Of a DNA stretch of 56,084 bases, positions 55,277 to 56,084 are shown piece by piece. The notes under the pieces were generated by a model. It saw only the letters and a list, made by a program, of their open reading frames with translations. It was not told where the DNA came from and did not search any database. The position numbers were made by a program, and so were the translations under genes. Position 1 is the stretch's first letter, and the number at the start of each line of letters is the position of its first letter. Source of the DNA: Clostridiales bacterium (GTDB taxonomy: Bacteria > Bacillota > Clostridia > Christensenellales > CAG-314); the NCBI GenBank assembly GCA_003537755.1, contig DPQS01000008.1:11704-67787 (forward strand), in the 5' to 3' direction.

Positions 55277-55415
55277 CATGTTGCCTTGCTCGGTAACGAA
55301 AAAATTGATACGTATACGAAAATCCTTTACAAATTGTTGATTGTTTTCTTGAAATCGTGCAAATTGTGTGTGGCTTTCCTGAAGTAATAAAAAACGAATA
55401 AAAAGAATAAATACG

Positions 55416-55456
55416 AAAAGCGACGATTTTACACTGCGTAAAGTCGTCGCTTTTTG
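55416..55456 (+). terminator. intrinsic terminator closing the second glycan locus
   Basis: AAAAGCGACGA (55416-55426) pairs with TCGTCGCTTTT (55444-55454), and the T-run runs through 55455. Confidence 0.7.
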
Positions 55457-55460
55457 GAAT

Positions 55461-55496
55461 TAAATAAAAAAATACGCGGCATCATTGCTGCGTATT
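55461..55496 (-). terminator. minus-strand intrinsic terminator
   Basis: A 10-bp stem AATACGCGGC (55471-55480) / GCTGCGTATT (55487-55496). The A-run at 55462-55470 gives a U-tract on the minus strand. Confidence 0.55.
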
Positions 55497-55518
55497 AGTT
55501 GTTGCGACGTAATCGAAC

Positions 55519-55550
55519 GCCGCCGAAAATGGTGACTCATAGGGGACTCG
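55519..55550 (-). repeat. 32-nt perfect direct copy of the tRNA-Glu 3' end plus its 11-nt downstream flank
   Basis: GCCGCCGAAAATGGTGACTCATAGGGGACTCG occurs at 55519-55550 and again at 55700-55731. The second copy overlaps the last 21 nt of tRNA-Glu. Confidence 0.85.
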
Positions 55551-55644
55551 TCCCAAGCGAGGCGCAGGGTAAGCGTAGTGCAACGGAGCGCTACGTTATT
55601 TCGTACTCTCCTATTAGGAAAGACAAGGCGGCAAGGCATTTGGA

Positions 55645-55686
55645 AAAAACAAAAAACGTAGCCTCTGCGCTACGAGTTTTGTTTTC
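55645..55686. terminator. bidirectional terminator directly downstream of tRNA-Glu
   Basis: CGTAGC (55657-55662) pairs with GCTACG (55669-55674). A-runs lie upstream and AGTTTTGTTTT lies downstream. Confidence 0.5.
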
Positions 55687-55710
55687 GACTACAGCCGTAG
55701 CCGCCGAAAA

Positions 55711-55786
55711 TGGTGACTCATAGGGGACTCGAACCCCTGTTCTCGCCGTGAGAGGGCGATGTCCTAGGCCGCTAGACTAATGAGCC
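55711..55786 (-). tRNA. tRNA-Glu (anticodon CTC), CCA encoded
   Basis: The reverse complement folds as acceptor GGCTCAT/ATGAGTC, D arm GTCT-AGCGGCCTA-GGAC, anticodon arm TCGCC-CTCTCAC-GGCGA, T arm AGGGG-TTCGAGT-CCCCT, then A and CCA. Confidence 0.85.
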
Positions 55787-56084
55787 GCATTTGTAATAAG
55801 TTGTCAGCAGGCAATGCCGTAACAACTTGCCGTATTATATTACCACAACGACAAGGCAAAAGTCAACGTTTTTGCGGTAAAATTTTGCGAGCAGGCTACT
55901 TTGCATAACTTATTGCAGCGTTCGTTTCTTTGTGTTATAATTGCAATAGTACATTTGCGAAGGAAAACAAAATCAAAAAGTTGCCATTGAAAGTCCCGGA
56001 TTATGAGGGCTGGAACAAGCTGTAACAGAATAGAGCAAACCGTTGACGTACAGTGAGCGTCGTTTAACGCATAATTAGCCGCCG

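Overview
This window looks like a saccharolytic, Clostridia-like Firmicute. The evidence is a type-A RNase P RNA, GGAGG-type ribosome-binding sites, many lipobox lipoproteins and almost all genes on the + strand. All family calls come from my own motif recognition and no search was run. Layout: (1) 1-4400 holds four unassignable genes (a repeat protein cut by the window edge, a coiled-coil protein, two polytopic membrane proteins). tRNA-Pro(GGG) follows at 4756-4832 with an AT-rich gene remnant 3' of it. (2) 5.2-31.2 kb is a large host-glycan utilisation locus: YesL-like protein, PocR/AraC regulator, GH20-like hexosaminidase, GH112 galacto/lacto-N-biose phosphorylase, an LplABC-type ABC importer, a GH123/DUF4091-like lipoprotein, two giant unassigned lipoproteins, GH38 alpha-mannosidase, an unknown 710-aa enzyme-like protein and a GH78-like six-hairpin hydrolase. 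(3) 31.3-34.7 kb is an AT-rich islet carrying a three-gene operon: a BrxR/CapW-like WYL regulator, a DUF2971 protein and an N-terminally anchored unknown protein. This is my top candidate for an undescribed defence-type system. A truncated TfoX_N pseudogene follows it. (4) 34.9-41.9 kb holds miscellaneous small genes, rnpB, two DMT transporters and a YhhN protein. It also has several striking non-coding elements: a candidate riboswitch or sRNA, a 32-bp perfect palindrome at a promoter, and a small element with terminal inverted repeats. (5) 41.9-55.3 kb is a second glycan locus with three DUF4185 (GH183-like) paralogs, a DUF2961/GH172 enzyme, an ABC importer, a multi-CBM surface protein, a LacI regulator, a single-SIS-domain arabinose-5-phosphate isomerase and a ribokinase-like kinase. 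I interpret it as a D-arabinofuranoside utilisation system with a possibly new D-arabinose catabolic route through arabinose 5-phosphate. (6) tRNA-Glu(CTC) lies at 55711-55786 (-), with a 32-nt direct duplication of its 3' end. A short palindromic motif (ATACGTAT flanked by A-tracts) recurs in intergenic regions across the window.
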